Assembly: GCA_012295275.1 (NCBI GenBank)
Contig: CM022673.1
Coordinates: 3,658,001-3,722,000, forward strand
Direction: 5' to 3'
DNA from: Chrysomallon squamiferum
Lineage: Eukaryota > Animalia > Mollusca
DNA: 64,000 nt
The position numbers and the translations under genes are program-made. A model generated the notes under the pieces. That model did no database searches. It had not been told where the DNA came from and saw only the letters and a list, made by a program, of their open reading frames with translations. This document shows positions 12,345-25,521 of the stretch, one piece after another. Each line of letters opens with the position of its first letter. Position 1 is the first letter of the stretch.

Positions 12345-12558
12345 GTTGCTTGTTTGTTTTGTTTTTCTGGGGAAGGGTTTGTTACTATATACTGAACATA
12401 ATATATATTTTTCATTTTCAAGACATTATGAAGTATATTGCTGATAATTATCTGTTTGTTGTTTTTTGGTGGAGGTGTTTGTTACTATACACTAAACATA
12501 ATATATATTTTTTATTTTCAAGACATTATGAAGTATATATATTGCAGATAGTTATCTT
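12345..12558 (+). repeat. Two-copy ~103-bp tandem duplication downstream of the DUF885 stop
   Basis: gtttgttactata...aacataatatatatttt...ttttcaagacattatgaagtatat occurs at ~12377-12440 and again at ~12477-12545. Confidence 0.85.
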
Positions 12559-13948
12559 TATGAAAATAAATAATTTACCAGTGTGATCAGGTTCTGACTT
12601 TATTTCTGTTAAACTTTGTTCACTTGTTATTATGGAATATACCCTCTTCATTTTGATTTTTCTTTTTTGTTTTCTGAAGAAAAGAATAAGGCACAACAAA
12701 ACTAATGTTACCCATTTACCTTTAAATATTTCCACAGGATCTTTTGAGTTTTAAAAATTTCTATTTAATGCTTATGCATTTTTTAAATGGTCATTTTTTC
12801 ATGCCGTATTTATAAAATTAATGAACTTTTCACTTGGAAATATTCCTAGTTAACTAAATATTTTTATGCTGCCAGAGATACATTTTAAAAGAATAAACAA
12901 ATTTCTTGCTTAGCAAAACATTCTAGTCTGACAAAAAAACAACAAACTACAAAATGTAATTTATCTATTTAATATAGGATTCATTCTCTCAGCAATTTAC
13001 ACTATTTCTTCTAAATATCTATGTACAATTACATGCATCTTGGACTTCCTCACTCTATTGTCATTGTCATAATCTTAAGCTTAATCTGAAACTAAAACCA
13101 AAAAGGAGAAGAGAATTTCACAAATGAGGATGGAAAGTCGCTATTCTAAGACAAATTCTGAATGTAACAGAATATGTTAATAACTGTTTTACTAAGAAAT
13201 GCATTTTTGTCATAAAATGAATTATAAAAAAAACACATGAATTAAATTTTTCAATTGCACAAAATATGACAGTATGTGAACCTCAAACTGATAATGTATC
13301 AATATCTTAAAACAGAGAATAATTAAATACCTATTTCATAAGATCATCACCCTCAGACCATATCACAACATGATGTACAAATTCCTCAAAAAAACATCTC
13401 TTTTAACTAATTAAAACTGAAAATATCTTTATAGTCATTCACATTAGATATTTATAATTTTATAATTCATATTTTAAGATAAAATTTGAATTGAATATGA
13501 TGTACACTATCTTGTCTGTGAGGAAATAAAAAAAAATTACTTGTGTAATAAAGTAAACATATATTACAAATGTCATGTAAATTACTTATATATTATAGCA
13601 TAAATTTACATTAATATTTTTTCCCTTTTATATTTGATGTTATTTTAACAGATATGAGCAATTTGGAGTATCAACATTCAAAATCTGAGATTTAGCATGG
13701 GGAAAGAAAAATGGACAAAGATGTGAACTTACATAAAACAAATCATTCATAGTGACTGAGACTGAGGGGCACACTATAAAGGGAATGCATAGGATTTGGC
13801 TTAGTACCATTCTGACAACAGATTTATAAAGTAAAAATATTATTTTACACAAAAATAAGATTTTAATGTTGTATTCCAAGATATTATCTTTCTTACGTAT
13901 AAAAATATTTTTTTTGAATTCTACTGTAAAATATAGGACATTTCATTT

Positions 13949-13992
<44 letters not shown>

Positions 13993-14204
13993 AAAGAAAT
14001 ATATAGATATGAAATAGTTATACAGATAATTATTTAACACTAAAAACCATGTTATGGGGTAACAGGTAAAACATGAATTTTGTTACCCCACTCAGGATAT
14101 GTTACACATAATAGTAATAATTTGTGATAACTAACAAATGCTTACAAAGTATTATGCTCCTGTATAATAAAACACTTTCTTTCACACACACACACACACA
14201 CTCA

Positions 14205-14246
<42 letters not shown>

Positions 14247-14655
14247 CACATGCACATGAAACCCGCTGACAGCAAAGCCATTATACCAACTTGCAAAATA
14301 AATTGCAGATTTAGATTTTTCATTGATATGATTCTGTCAGTGTTATATATAAACCCTTGAGATTTCTGTTCTTAAATAGGATGAAATGCACACAAAAGAT
14401 TGTTATTTTTTCTTCTAACTGCTTCCAACATCAATAGCACATTTTCTCTTTTTTTTTTAATGTCAGAATATTATTTAGTCAGTTTTATATTATTTGTGTT
14501 ACAAGTATATTTACAATGCTGAAGCCTAAAGTATGCAATTATGTAATAAAAAAAAATTAAAAATTAAAAATAAAACAGACTCTGAAAATTCATTGAAATA
14601 TACGAGGACTATGTTTTCAATCAATGAACTATATGTTCAAAATCATTTTTCAAAA

Positions 14656-14697
<42 letters not shown>

Positions 14698-17600
14698 CTT
14701 TAGATGACAAGAATTCATTGATATAAATAAAAAGTATTTCATAATGCACCAACAACAAATTCAGCTTTATACATAATTCTTTTAAAAGATGACACTGAAA
14801 ATTATTTTTATCACAAATTTTGTGTTTGTTTTTGTTTCTGTTTTTTCAATTAAACAAGGACATATATAATTACTTGTCAAAATGTCACTTAAAAGCATGG
14901 CATTTGAATGGACAATGTTAGTTTCTATAAACTCAAGCAGCAATACTTTGTTTCTTTTACCTATAGTGCATTGGATAACTACATTTTAAAAAAAATATAT
15001 TAATTTTCTTTTTTGTTTTGCATTAACTATCACTAATAACAATTATCGGAGCTCATAAAACAAGAAGGAAAAACAATCTAATTTTACAAATTTTTGGCCA
15101 TCATCCAGAATAAAATACATTCATAAATTACAATCTATATACATCTTTCAACTCATCTATTTACAAGTTATTCTGCTTTCACTATGGCCATTTAAAACTG
15201 AAAAAAATACATGTTAAATATTGATTATAATATTCTTAACAAAAATAGCTGATATGCACCAGCCATAGTATTACAAAACTTAAAAAGCTCAAAACAGGTT
15301 TTGTACAGCTAAAGAAATGGATTTAACATTTTTTGTCTTTGTCAGTTTGATCCAGAATTTCTAGTAGTTATCAGTTACAATTTACAATACGTTAAAAAAT
15401 AAAAGCATGGCTTTCCCTGTAATTTCTGGGAAAATTTTGAATAATCTGAAATGTACATTTGTCACAATTTGCTATCACATGAATAAAACTAAAGTGAGGT
15501 TAAGACCACAGAAGCACCGAAGGTTTAGAATGTTCCGATCAATAAAGAGTTTATCATTTGTCATAAGAAATGGGACAAGCTCTAACTGACGCAGTCCCAA
15601 CAGTTAGATGCAGAACACCAACTTTTAATCACTTTTAAAAAATTTTGCTCACAACATCAATTGCTGTCAAATGTGAGAAATCTTGTTTACTATGTCAATA
15701 ATTCTCACTAGTTTATTAAGTCTGGTGTTTTATCTAATCAGCAGAATCCAATCACATGTGTTTGAAATAAAAACAGGAGCAGTAGTAATAAAGCTGTATA
15801 TTCACATGCAATAACTTAACAAAATCAATACATAATGCTGATTAAAGCAGAATTTAAGAAACTGACAAAATAGATTTAAATATGTCGAGATCAACAAACA
15901 GCACTTGTGTACTAATGAATCAATAAATATTATATTGCATTGTACATAAATAAGCAAATTACAGCACAGATAAGAATATGCAGCAAAACATTTGAAATAA
16001 AGCTAAGTATGTAAAATCTCATTAAAAACAGGTTGTTTAACCTGCACTGACCATCAGTTTACAATGGGTTTGGGTGAATCTAATCAGTAAGCAAAAGTGA
16101 AAGAAATAATGTCATAAAGTCTACATTTAGGCTGCAGCTTACACTACTGGCTGGGTAATATCTTAAATTTTACACCGATTCAAATATTAAATACAAACTT
16201 AAGTACACCAAAGAAACTGAACCAAATATTAAAAATATTAATAAAAAAGAACACAAAACGTAAGAGAGAATTCAAAGAAAAATATAGATTCTGGTAGGTA
16301 CATCCGATATATGAGACTAGTGCTGTCAACAGAAATAAAATTACATTTTTATCTAGATTTTGCTGTTGAGATATCTTCCAAGATAAATGAATATTCAATA
16401 ACATCTCAGTAAACAATGCCTTCTATATGTTGATATGTAACAAAAGCAAAAGGCAGTGATACAACATGTCTTTGTTTAAATGTAGTGCATTAATAACTGA
16501 ATCTTCATTTTATTTTTGTCATTAAAACTGAATTAACAAATATATAAATAAGCTTTAGCAGATTCAAAAATTAATAATTCTGGATTAGTTTCGAAATGAT
16601 ATAATAAAAAATTTCTATCCTAATTAAAGTAATTAAAAATTCAAAGGTCTCGGTGAATTAATTTACTTTATTAAATAAAGTATTTTTTCTTTTATTAGAC
16701 AAATTATTATTTTATGAATTTTACTATGTAACTCTAGATTCAGTTCACACACTCTTACAGGCTGATGAATGTTTGGCTTCTGAAATACAATCCTTTTTTT
16801 TTTCTTCAAATAAATTTTATGTGCATAAATAAATACAGTAAAATTATATATTGACAGTTCTCTTAAGAAAATTGAATGGCTCCCACTATATTCCTTTATG
16901 AAAATGTTACTGGCAGGTGAATGTCATTTTTCACTGACAATGAACAAACTGTCATAATATGTTTTCAGAAAATTTCAAATATAATCTACACAATGCAAAT
17001 TATCTGGTTCAGTTTAAGCTTTTAAAATATGGTTTTATTCAGTTAGAGAATGGAATTGTTTGGAGAGGATTTTTTTACCTTAACTATGGAATCCTTTTCA
17101 CATTATGATAACAGGACTCCAAACATTTTGATTACATTATATGTGGACTATATTATTGTTATATACAAAAATAACAATATGACACTATTATCAGCATCTA
17201 TCATTCATTAGCTAGTGGATGTCAAGCATTTGTTTGTTCCAACGTGAGGTTATAAGAGGTAACATATTCCCAATTTATTCATATGCTGAGTTACAAAGCA
17301 CATTTGATATACAGTCAAGGGATCATGGCTTGAATGGAAATAAAGTGACCACTGCATTTTATTCGTACTGATACAGAGCACTTTATGGCTGGGTTCTGAA
17401 GTAGTTTGTATATATAAATGCTATTCGTCATTTCTGAATATTTTTGATCAATATATTATTTTTGTTTGTACAGATATTTCTCATATTGCAAATTATTTAA
17501 ACCAGAGTCATTACTAACTATATGTTGTTTGATATTCCTGTGTGATATAGCAGTTAATCATTTGGCCATACTGGAATTACATTCTAGTGTAAGCTGCGAC

Positions 17601-18257
17601 TAGGAGCTAATTGGGGAGGTGGAAGACGTCATCACTTTTCTCCAATTAATTCTAATACTATCCTAGGCAGACAATCTGTGTTCTTTGAATATGCAGTGGT
17701 TAGAAGAATTTTAAAATTATTTTTCCTGAAAACTTGATTCTTTGAAACCGTTATCAAACTCTTGACTTTGTTTTTGTACAAAATGAAGGATGAGAACTGA
17801 TTAAAGCTTTCACACCATTTTATGAAGAAAAAAAACCCATTTTATACACACAATGTGATTTCAAAATGTATCTACCACTTTTGTTTAATTGTACAAAAGT
17901 AACACCAATTAAAAACAACTTCACTTTTACAGTTTCAAAATCTAAAAATATTCTGAAGCCTGAAGGCCCATTTAATACACTAAACTTATTATGTATTCTT
18001 TACGTCACATCCATACCAGATAATTGTATCTGTATGACTCACACAGGCTATGTCTTTAATAAATGATGCAGTGTGATGATGCACCCATTCAAACAAACAT
18101 CTCACGTAACTGTCATGTACTACAGTAAGGCAGAAACATTCTCAATGAAAGTAGTAAATGACAACATATGAATAAAAAAAAAAAAAAAAGAAAGGTACTG
18201 TTTAGAATTTAAATATTATTTACAATTTACAAATAACCTATACAGTACCAGCCTGGC

Positions 18258-19529
18258 CTATCTGTCACACTGTGATATTGTTACATTAATTCCTAAATTT
18301 CCATGATCAGCAAACAGCTGGGCTATGTTCGTATCAAACACAAGACAGTCACTGCTCATAATGGCAGACTGTATTCCATCATGAATGCTTCTTGGAGTAG
18401 CCTCCCATGTCAGTCGCCTCCTATGTCCATTTAATTCCAGTCTGAAAATTTATGGTTAAAAAATGTATAAAAAATAACAATTAAAACGTTCAAAGAAAAA
18501 CAGCTGAAGTAATTTTCACAAATATACACTATGATAAATTCTCCACTGAACATAAACTATAAAAGAAATAACAGTATTAAGAAAAAATGACATTATCCAA
18601 TAAACAATGGATAATTTATTACTATATTTTTGGCAGACGCCCTTTGAAACAGCACTGTATGTCAGCCATCAACATCACGTGCATGACACCGATTCATTCA
18701 AGTAAAGTAAGGTACCCATTTGTACAGCAATAGTTAGATATAAATTATAAAAAGAACAATAGCAATAACTAAATAAATGTTTCTTTCAGCTGTCAGTCTT
18801 GATTAGCATGTATTTCTCATTAGCCGATGATGTGCCTTATGTAAACAGAAACCATATTAAATATTCACATAATTAATCATGCAGGTATCATCTTTCTAAC
18901 CTACAACCATTTGTATTTCAGACTAGTGAAAATCACTTACCTATATGCAAAGCTTTCTGCCTCTTTTCTCGTGCCTATTAATTGAACTATGGCATAAAAC
19001 ATCTGTAAACCGTCAATTTTTTCTTGTTTTTCAAGAACTAACATAAAGTTGTGGCGAAAACATGATTGCATCATAACCCAATCCACTGCACCAGGAAGAT
19101 TAATGTCAGTGGCAAGAAATACAATATCTTCACCTGTGAAAATCCAAAAAATGCAATTAAAAATGCAACACATCAACTCTGAAATTAAAAAAAAATTGCA
19201 TTTATTTTTCTTCTTAATTCCTTTAGACTGACATAAAGACCACTATTACATTTTATCTTTATCAAATTTTAATAACAGAATCAATTCCATTACTTCTCAA
19301 ATTCAGAGTAGGAAACAATCTGATTACCCTGTAATGTAGTGATACTTTTGTGAGACTGCATAAGATGAGGCATGACATTTTCCAAAGACCCCTGCCATTT
19401 GCAGGATGCACCAGGACATGGACATGTGTAGGGTCTGCAAATAAAAAAAAAATATCCTCAAATTCATGAGTGTCTTTCTCTGTGTGTGTGTGTGTGTGTA
19501 TGTGTGTGTGTGTGTTTGAGAGAGAAAGA

Positions 19530-19581
<52 letters not shown>

Positions 19582-21214
19582 CTGAAATCGTCAACATAAG
19601 GATGTTCAAGTACAAAATGTCACCATGAGGATCTTAAACATTTTTTGTTTAAAAATTACCTCCATATTTCTTTTTACAATAACATTAAACAATAAAATGA
19701 GATATCTGCTTAATGAAAACACTAATAAAAAGGTGAACTCACCTGTATTCACAAGTTTCTTCATGGTCAGTTTTCTCTGTATGAAGTAGTGTTACGAGGC
19801 AACCATTGTTAGAGTATTTGCATGGAAAACTAACAGTGGAAGCCACCTTCTCCATGGCCAGGTTCCGAATATTTCCTAAACGTTAAAAGGAATATTATGA
19901 ATTCAAGAATAACAAGACTGCGGTTAGTGTTTTAGATTTTACTTTTCAATTTGGTACTTTTGGAAACATAAGGATTACATTTTATCGTGGCTTAATTATC
20001 AGTTAAACAAAATAACATGGCATATTTATATATTAATAAATATATTTCTAGTCAGACAAAAGAAATTGCCATTTTATTTAACAATTCAGAAAACTGCAAA
20101 TTAGGTTTCAGAATTCCAATTCCACAGGTACAGGTTGTCTGATATTCCGCATTCAAAGAAAATAGGTATCCTTATATACAAAAACATATTTATTTATTTT
20201 AAAAAATAACAAATGAAAAAATCATTTGACAAATGCATTGTTAATTAGCTCTCAACTATCAGCTTATAGATTAGAATTTTCCAAATTAATAAACAGCTAG
20301 TGTTCTCTCTAATTAGAAACAGATAGATACCACATGCCCAACACATCCACAAAAATGATAAATTATATAACAATGCCTTCTAAGTCATTCAATAAATTCA
20401 AAAGATATCTGAAACCTATAGAAGTATACACTGCCAAGTTTTTTAGGAGCAAACGATGCATCCTGAATGAACTAAAATCCCTGCTAAATAATATGGAATT
20501 AAAATAAAACGTGAAAAATAATTTTTGAAAATTACACATAAATGGTTATTTTAAAAACGAACTGCCTGCTACTCATGAAAAAATAAAGAATATTACATTA
20601 CATACCAAGAGGCCCTCTGCATGTTGGACATGATGCAAGTTTCTGGCGACACGACTGGCACACAATGTGCCCACTCTGACACTGCATAATTGGAGGTAAT
20701 GCATAGTCGAAACAAACCGGACACTCAAAGTAGCTGGCTAGGTCAGTGCTGCTGTTGTTGGGTACTGAAACAGGAAAATAACATGTCTGATATTTTCAGA
20801 GTAAAACAACGTAACTGAATAATTTTTAAAAATAAATCCAAATCTTTTTGAAAAATAAAATAAACAATTTTATAATGATTCTAAAGATCAGCTGGCTGAA
20901 CACAACAAGAATTCAATTCTAGTTGACATGTATCATTACTATGATCAATTTAATGATGAAAATATAAATAAACATAGATAAATTTCAAAAATAAAAATTG
21001 TATATTATTCATTTATCAAAGGGTACACCTACTTAATTGGTTCATCTGGTGTGGGTGTGTATATGTTTAAATATGTACTAGAATTATTTAATTAATTAAG
21101 CTTTGCTTGAAACTTAATTACTTATATAATAACTAATACAATTTTAACAATGTTATTCTTACATGATGGAGCCAAACCTCTACCTTTCCCTTCAGATGCA
21201 GGCTGCCTGCTCAT
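18258..21214 (-). CDS. SIAH1: E3 ubiquitin ligase SIAH / seven-in-absentia homolog, 275 aa in 6 coding exons
   Basis: Exons (minus): 21214-21163, 20764-20606, 19875-19743, 19434-19328, 19133-18941, 18441-18258; 828 nt with consistent phases. RING: [53 protein letters not shown]. Zinc fingers: [22 protein letters not shown]. Substrate-binding domain: [26 protein letters not shown] and [21 protein letters not shown]. An upstream exon ending ATGGCT|gtatgt (21540-21535) would add MAIENLI in frame. Confidence 0.97.
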
Positions 21215-21534
21215 GATTAGATTTTCAATCTGGAAAACCCAAAGAAAAAGGTTGTAAATTTGCAGTTTATTAAAATGTTAGAAGGTAGACAAATAATTTA
21301 TAACAGAAATAATAAATATATAAATATAATATAAATATTTGAGATCATAAACATTAAAACAATTAATAATTTAATTGAGTAATTAATTCACTTCCCATTT
21401 TGTTTTTTGTTTTTTTTTAATTTCTAATGCAATCTGCCATACAGGACAAACATTACAAAAAAATGACGTGGATATTAAAGATTATTCTTCTTGATTCTAA
21501 TTGGAAAATTAATATCACAGAGATCGCTACATAC

Positions 21535-21860
21535 AGCCATGCTTCAACCCCTTTCCGAAATAGTACACAATAAAAATGGCGGATAGTCAATAGACGTTTT
21601 GTCTTAATTTTAACCAGCAGTGATACGGTAACTGTTAAAAAATAGATGAAAAATCTCTAGATCTGGTTTCCGTGGTATTTATACAATTCTGTTTACAAAC
21701 CGTAGACTCCACGATGACTGTTTGTTTGATAAGACTTAAGTACAAAATAAAACATTCAGTCACAAAATAACCACTGACACTGTGATCTACGTCATTGATT
21801 TATGTTGAGAGTGGAAATTGAAGCGCGCCCTCTATTAAATCATACCAAGGTCTCGTAACA
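21535..21860 (-). promoter_or_regulatory. Candidate proximal promoter and first exon of SIAH
   Basis: Local CpG enrichment, a YY1 motif AAAATGGCGG (~21572-21581), CRE-like ACGTCA (~21789), a CTCF-like site (minus strand TAATAGAGGGCGC, ~21825-21837) and a donor GTATGT at 21534-21529. Confidence 0.5.
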
Positions 21861-22046
21861 GGTTTCAGTGCAAAGATTTCCTTAACATTTTATTCACAGA
21901 AGAGTTAATACTAATAGGTGGATGATTAGTTATTTGTTCAGTGATTCAGTTTACAAATATAACACTAATTATTGAAATAGTTTTAATTATTGTTATCATA
22001 ATCGTCATCACCATCATCATTCATCATCATCATCATCATCATCATC

Positions 22047-22110
<64 letters not shown>

Positions 22111-22888
22111 TTTGTTGTTTGGTTTCCTGATAAATGGTCACAGACACAATAATTGCTGATCGATGTATTTATAATAATGATAATAATAACAACAATAACA
22201 ATAACCATAATAATAATAATACAAATTATTATTATTATTATAAATAATAGTAGTATCATCATCATCAATATCATTTTGTATTTATTAATAATATGTCAGT
22301 GTGAAATATAAATGTAATTATATTAAGAAAGTACGATAGTAACAACGCCAGTGATGATAATTAAACCCACCCATATAATGATACACACTACTGATTGTAT
22401 GTGTGTGTATATATACATGTATATTATTATTTCAGAAATGTGTAGGACTTGCGCGATACCTATATATCTCTATGGATACAGTTGTGCAGTCATGCCTGAA
22501 AGACAAATTAACTGCTATTGTGCTCATCAAAACACTGATATTAATTCGTCAGTGTTTATGTTTGTATGTCTCTCAAACTGTTTTCACTATGGTATTCTTA
22601 ACAGGTTAATTGCTTGTTTGTTAATTACTCCACTATATTAATGTGTGTTGTGTAATCAAAGTTAGTAAAGCAGGAAACCTTGTAGCAAGTAACAGGTTGG
22701 CCAGATCAGTCTTATCTCACTAACAGTAAACAGTTAACAGTCGCTTGAGTAGTCATGCGTGCTTGATTGATCTGTGATGAAATGGAATTTGTACCGTTCT
22801 ATATTGTAACCGTACGTCACCGAGCTACCAGAGAAATAACTGTCAGTGCCAGTCACGTGAACTGTATGAACAGTGCGCTTCTGAAATC

Positions 22889-23683
22889 ATGATACTCAGC
22901 TTCTTGACCGCAGTACGAGATCAGAAACCTGTGGATGAATTAGAACAGCTTAGAACAACAACTGGGTATGAATGGGAAAGCGACAGCAAAACGCATTCAG
23001 CTGTCGAAGCGATGCGTTACGCACTTCTTTACGGGCATTCCGCATACGTCTTATACATGATGCAAAATTACGGACGGCAACTTATCACTGCGGATATTTG
23101 TTGTCCGTTTCTGTTGCTTGCCGTCAAACTAAACCAGTTCAGTAGTGTTCAGTTGATTTGCGATTGCAGTGCTGAAAATACGAAAGAAACTGATGAGGGA
23201 TATGTTAATACCAAAGGCTGTAAATGTATGGAAAGAGGTAAAACGGCTCTTCATGCAGCCAGCGAGCTTGGTTTTCTTGATTGCTTGAGAGTACTATTGC
23301 AAAACGGTGCTAACCAGTTGTGTATCGATTCCGAAGGCAATACACCTTTGGAATGTGTTCTGCAAGCGGAATTTTGTACATACGATATGTTCAGATGTGC
23401 AGTTGAACTAGCCAGACACCGTCAACAGCTGCAATGGGACGTTGTTATAAAGCTTAACGCATTGCACGAACGCTTCCATGGAAACGGACGCAGTGGGAAC
23501 GATGGCGAAGTGTGTAAAATATGTAGCACCTTACCTCGTTTCCAGCCCAGTGATTTAACGCATTTGAGTACATACGTCATCCGACACTCACTTGGAATAA
23601 AGTTGTCTCAAAATATAAAAAAACTTCCAGTACCGAACATCATTAAATATTCTATATCCTTCAAAGATCCAAACGACAATTGA
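22889..23683 (+). CDS. ANKRD9: Ankyrin repeat domain-containing protein 9 homolog (ankyrin + SOCS box, CRL5 substrate receptor), intronless, 264 aa
   Basis: The segments FLTAVRDQKPVDELEQLR, EAMRYALLYGHSAYVLYMM, LLLAVKLN and KGCKCMERGKTALHAASELGFLDCLRVLLQNGA...GNTPLE line up with my recollection of vertebrate ANKRD9 ([62 protein letters not shown]). The C-terminus is SOCS-box-like: PSDLTHLSTYVIRHSL...IKKLPVP. Confidence 0.85.
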   Translation: MILSFLTAVRDQKPVDELEQLRTTTGYEWESDSKTHSAVEAMRYALLYGHSAYVLYMMQNYGRQLITADICCPFLLLAVKLNQFSSVQLICDCSAENTKETDEGYVNTKGCKCMERGKTALHAASELGFLDCLRVLLQNGANQLCIDSEGNTPLECVLQAEFCTYDMFRCAVELARHRQQLQWDVVIKLNALHERFHGNGRSGNDGEVCKICSTLPRFQPSDLTHLSTYVIRHSLGIKLSQNIKKLPVPNIIKYSISFKDPNDN

Positions 23684-25424
23684 CTGATAATATATAACAC
23701 AACCACAGTGTTTTGTTTTGAATGTAGTTTGGTAACAGCGTAACTGTAGCGTGACGGTTACATAATCATTGTTTATGTTTACAGAGTCTGGACAAATACA
23801 CCGAATAATAGGCTCTCTTACTATTTAAGATCTTCTTATTTAATTTAAAATGATATATTCATAAATAAAGACCTTAGAAATTTAAGAAAGCAATTAACAT
23901 GGCATGAAATTAAATTTATAGCTGCATACGTCAATAATATTGATTAATTAATTTATTTATCTGCGTAATATATTTAACTGTTTACACTGTATTTATTTAT
24001 TTATCAATGTGTACATACTTTTATGTTTAACTTCCTAACGTGTTATTTATTTATTCTGAAAATTTTAATGTATTTATATTACATATGCCACACGAATTAC
24101 ATATTTTGTAGTTATTTATCTAACTTTTTCTCTTTCCGATTTTTAGAATCTTCTTTATTATTTATTTATTTACTTATACATAATCGTTTCTTTCTTTCAT
24201 ACTAAAGTATTATTTATTTATCAAAAAAATTGTTGTTTCTTAAATTATACTTATAAAATAAAAGACATAATATTTAAGGTAACCGATATTTAACTGTCTG
24301 TTATTACACGTTTAATTCTAATTTATTTTTTATATACTTTTATATTTATTAAAATAACTCATTAACATTGTTTTTATAGCTACAGTAATTTGTTTTATCT
24401 TTTGACGGTAGCAAAGATAATTGAGTATGTTAAATAACATAATATCGTTATGATGCGTGCTTAGAAGATAACAGACCCGCATTTACTAGGGAAAAGGGAA
24501 CCACTATTATTATTATTATCAGCAGGTGTTTCTGTCAGTTGCTTCTTGATTTCTTTCCTTCCTTCTTTCTTTTCTTCCCTTCTTTCTTTTCTTTTAATAT
24601 TTTTAAAATTATTTTTTATTAATTTCTTTGAAATATATATGTGTGTCTGCGTGCGTTTTATTATGTATTGAATGTATTAACTGATCAACTATTTATTAAC
24701 AGACTTAATTATTATTTTTCTTAATTTAGTGTATTTTTTATTTAATTTTTATTTATATTTCTATTTATTTATTTATTTATTTATTATACGTAAATTATTT
24801 TTAACATTTACATTATTTATTTAATTTGTAATATGAAATGTTTATGTTTATATTTCTCAATTTCTTCTTCTTATTATTATTATTGTGATTTGCAATACAG
24901 TAATATGATTTTTTAAAACCATTATTATTAATGTATTGTGTTTTAACTTACTATTTGTGATAATTATTTATAAACTTGAAATTTTATTATTTTTATTATG
25001 TAACAAATTCAGTTTATACATATACTTTTAACGAGTGGAAAATAAATATATTTATTTATTTATTTGTCGTCTTTTTTACATAAAAACATAATTTAAAAAA
25101 AACAAACAACAACAAACAAACAAACAATAAAAAACTGAAAACAACTGTATTAAACAGTGATTAAACTGTTTTTAATTCTGGAAAATTCGTTGTTATCGTT
25201 ATTTGTTACGAATTTGGTTCACTATTAATAACAACACAGCCACCAATAGGGACGGCTGCTGCACCAGAAGGAGCAACGGTAGCAACAGTAGTAGCAGCAG
25301 CAACAACACTGGCACAGGACATAATAATGGGTGCAGTCGGCACAAAGGACAAATCTTACCTCCTCACGGCAAATGCATAAATAAAACCAAATAGATCTAC
25401 TAAGAAACATATTGATTTTTTGGC

Positions 25425-25521
25425 ACTAATTTTATGTAAATAAAAGAGAGTAAAACTATTTTTATATAAATAAAAGAAAATAAAACTAATTTTATTCAAG
25501 TAAAAGAGAATAAAACTATTT
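25425..25521 (+). repeat. 30-bp tandem repeat, ~3 copies
   Basis: acta(a/t)ttttat..aaataaaaga...taaa recurs with a 30-bp period. Confidence 0.75.

Noticed and set aside
18625-18850. GC-richer patch in the last SIAH intron as a snoRNA
   Set aside because: No convincing C/D or H/ACA box arrangement with terminal stems on the host strand.
22889-23683. ANKRD9 as a retrocopy because it lacks introns
   Set aside because: No poly-A tail or target-site duplication is visible, and as I recall the vertebrate coding region is also single-exon.
25225-25410. Cys-rich 61-aa minus-strand ORF resembling a metallothionein or toxin
   Set aside because: It derives from (AGC/AAC/AGT)n-like low complexity and reads through an apparent splice donor at 25359.
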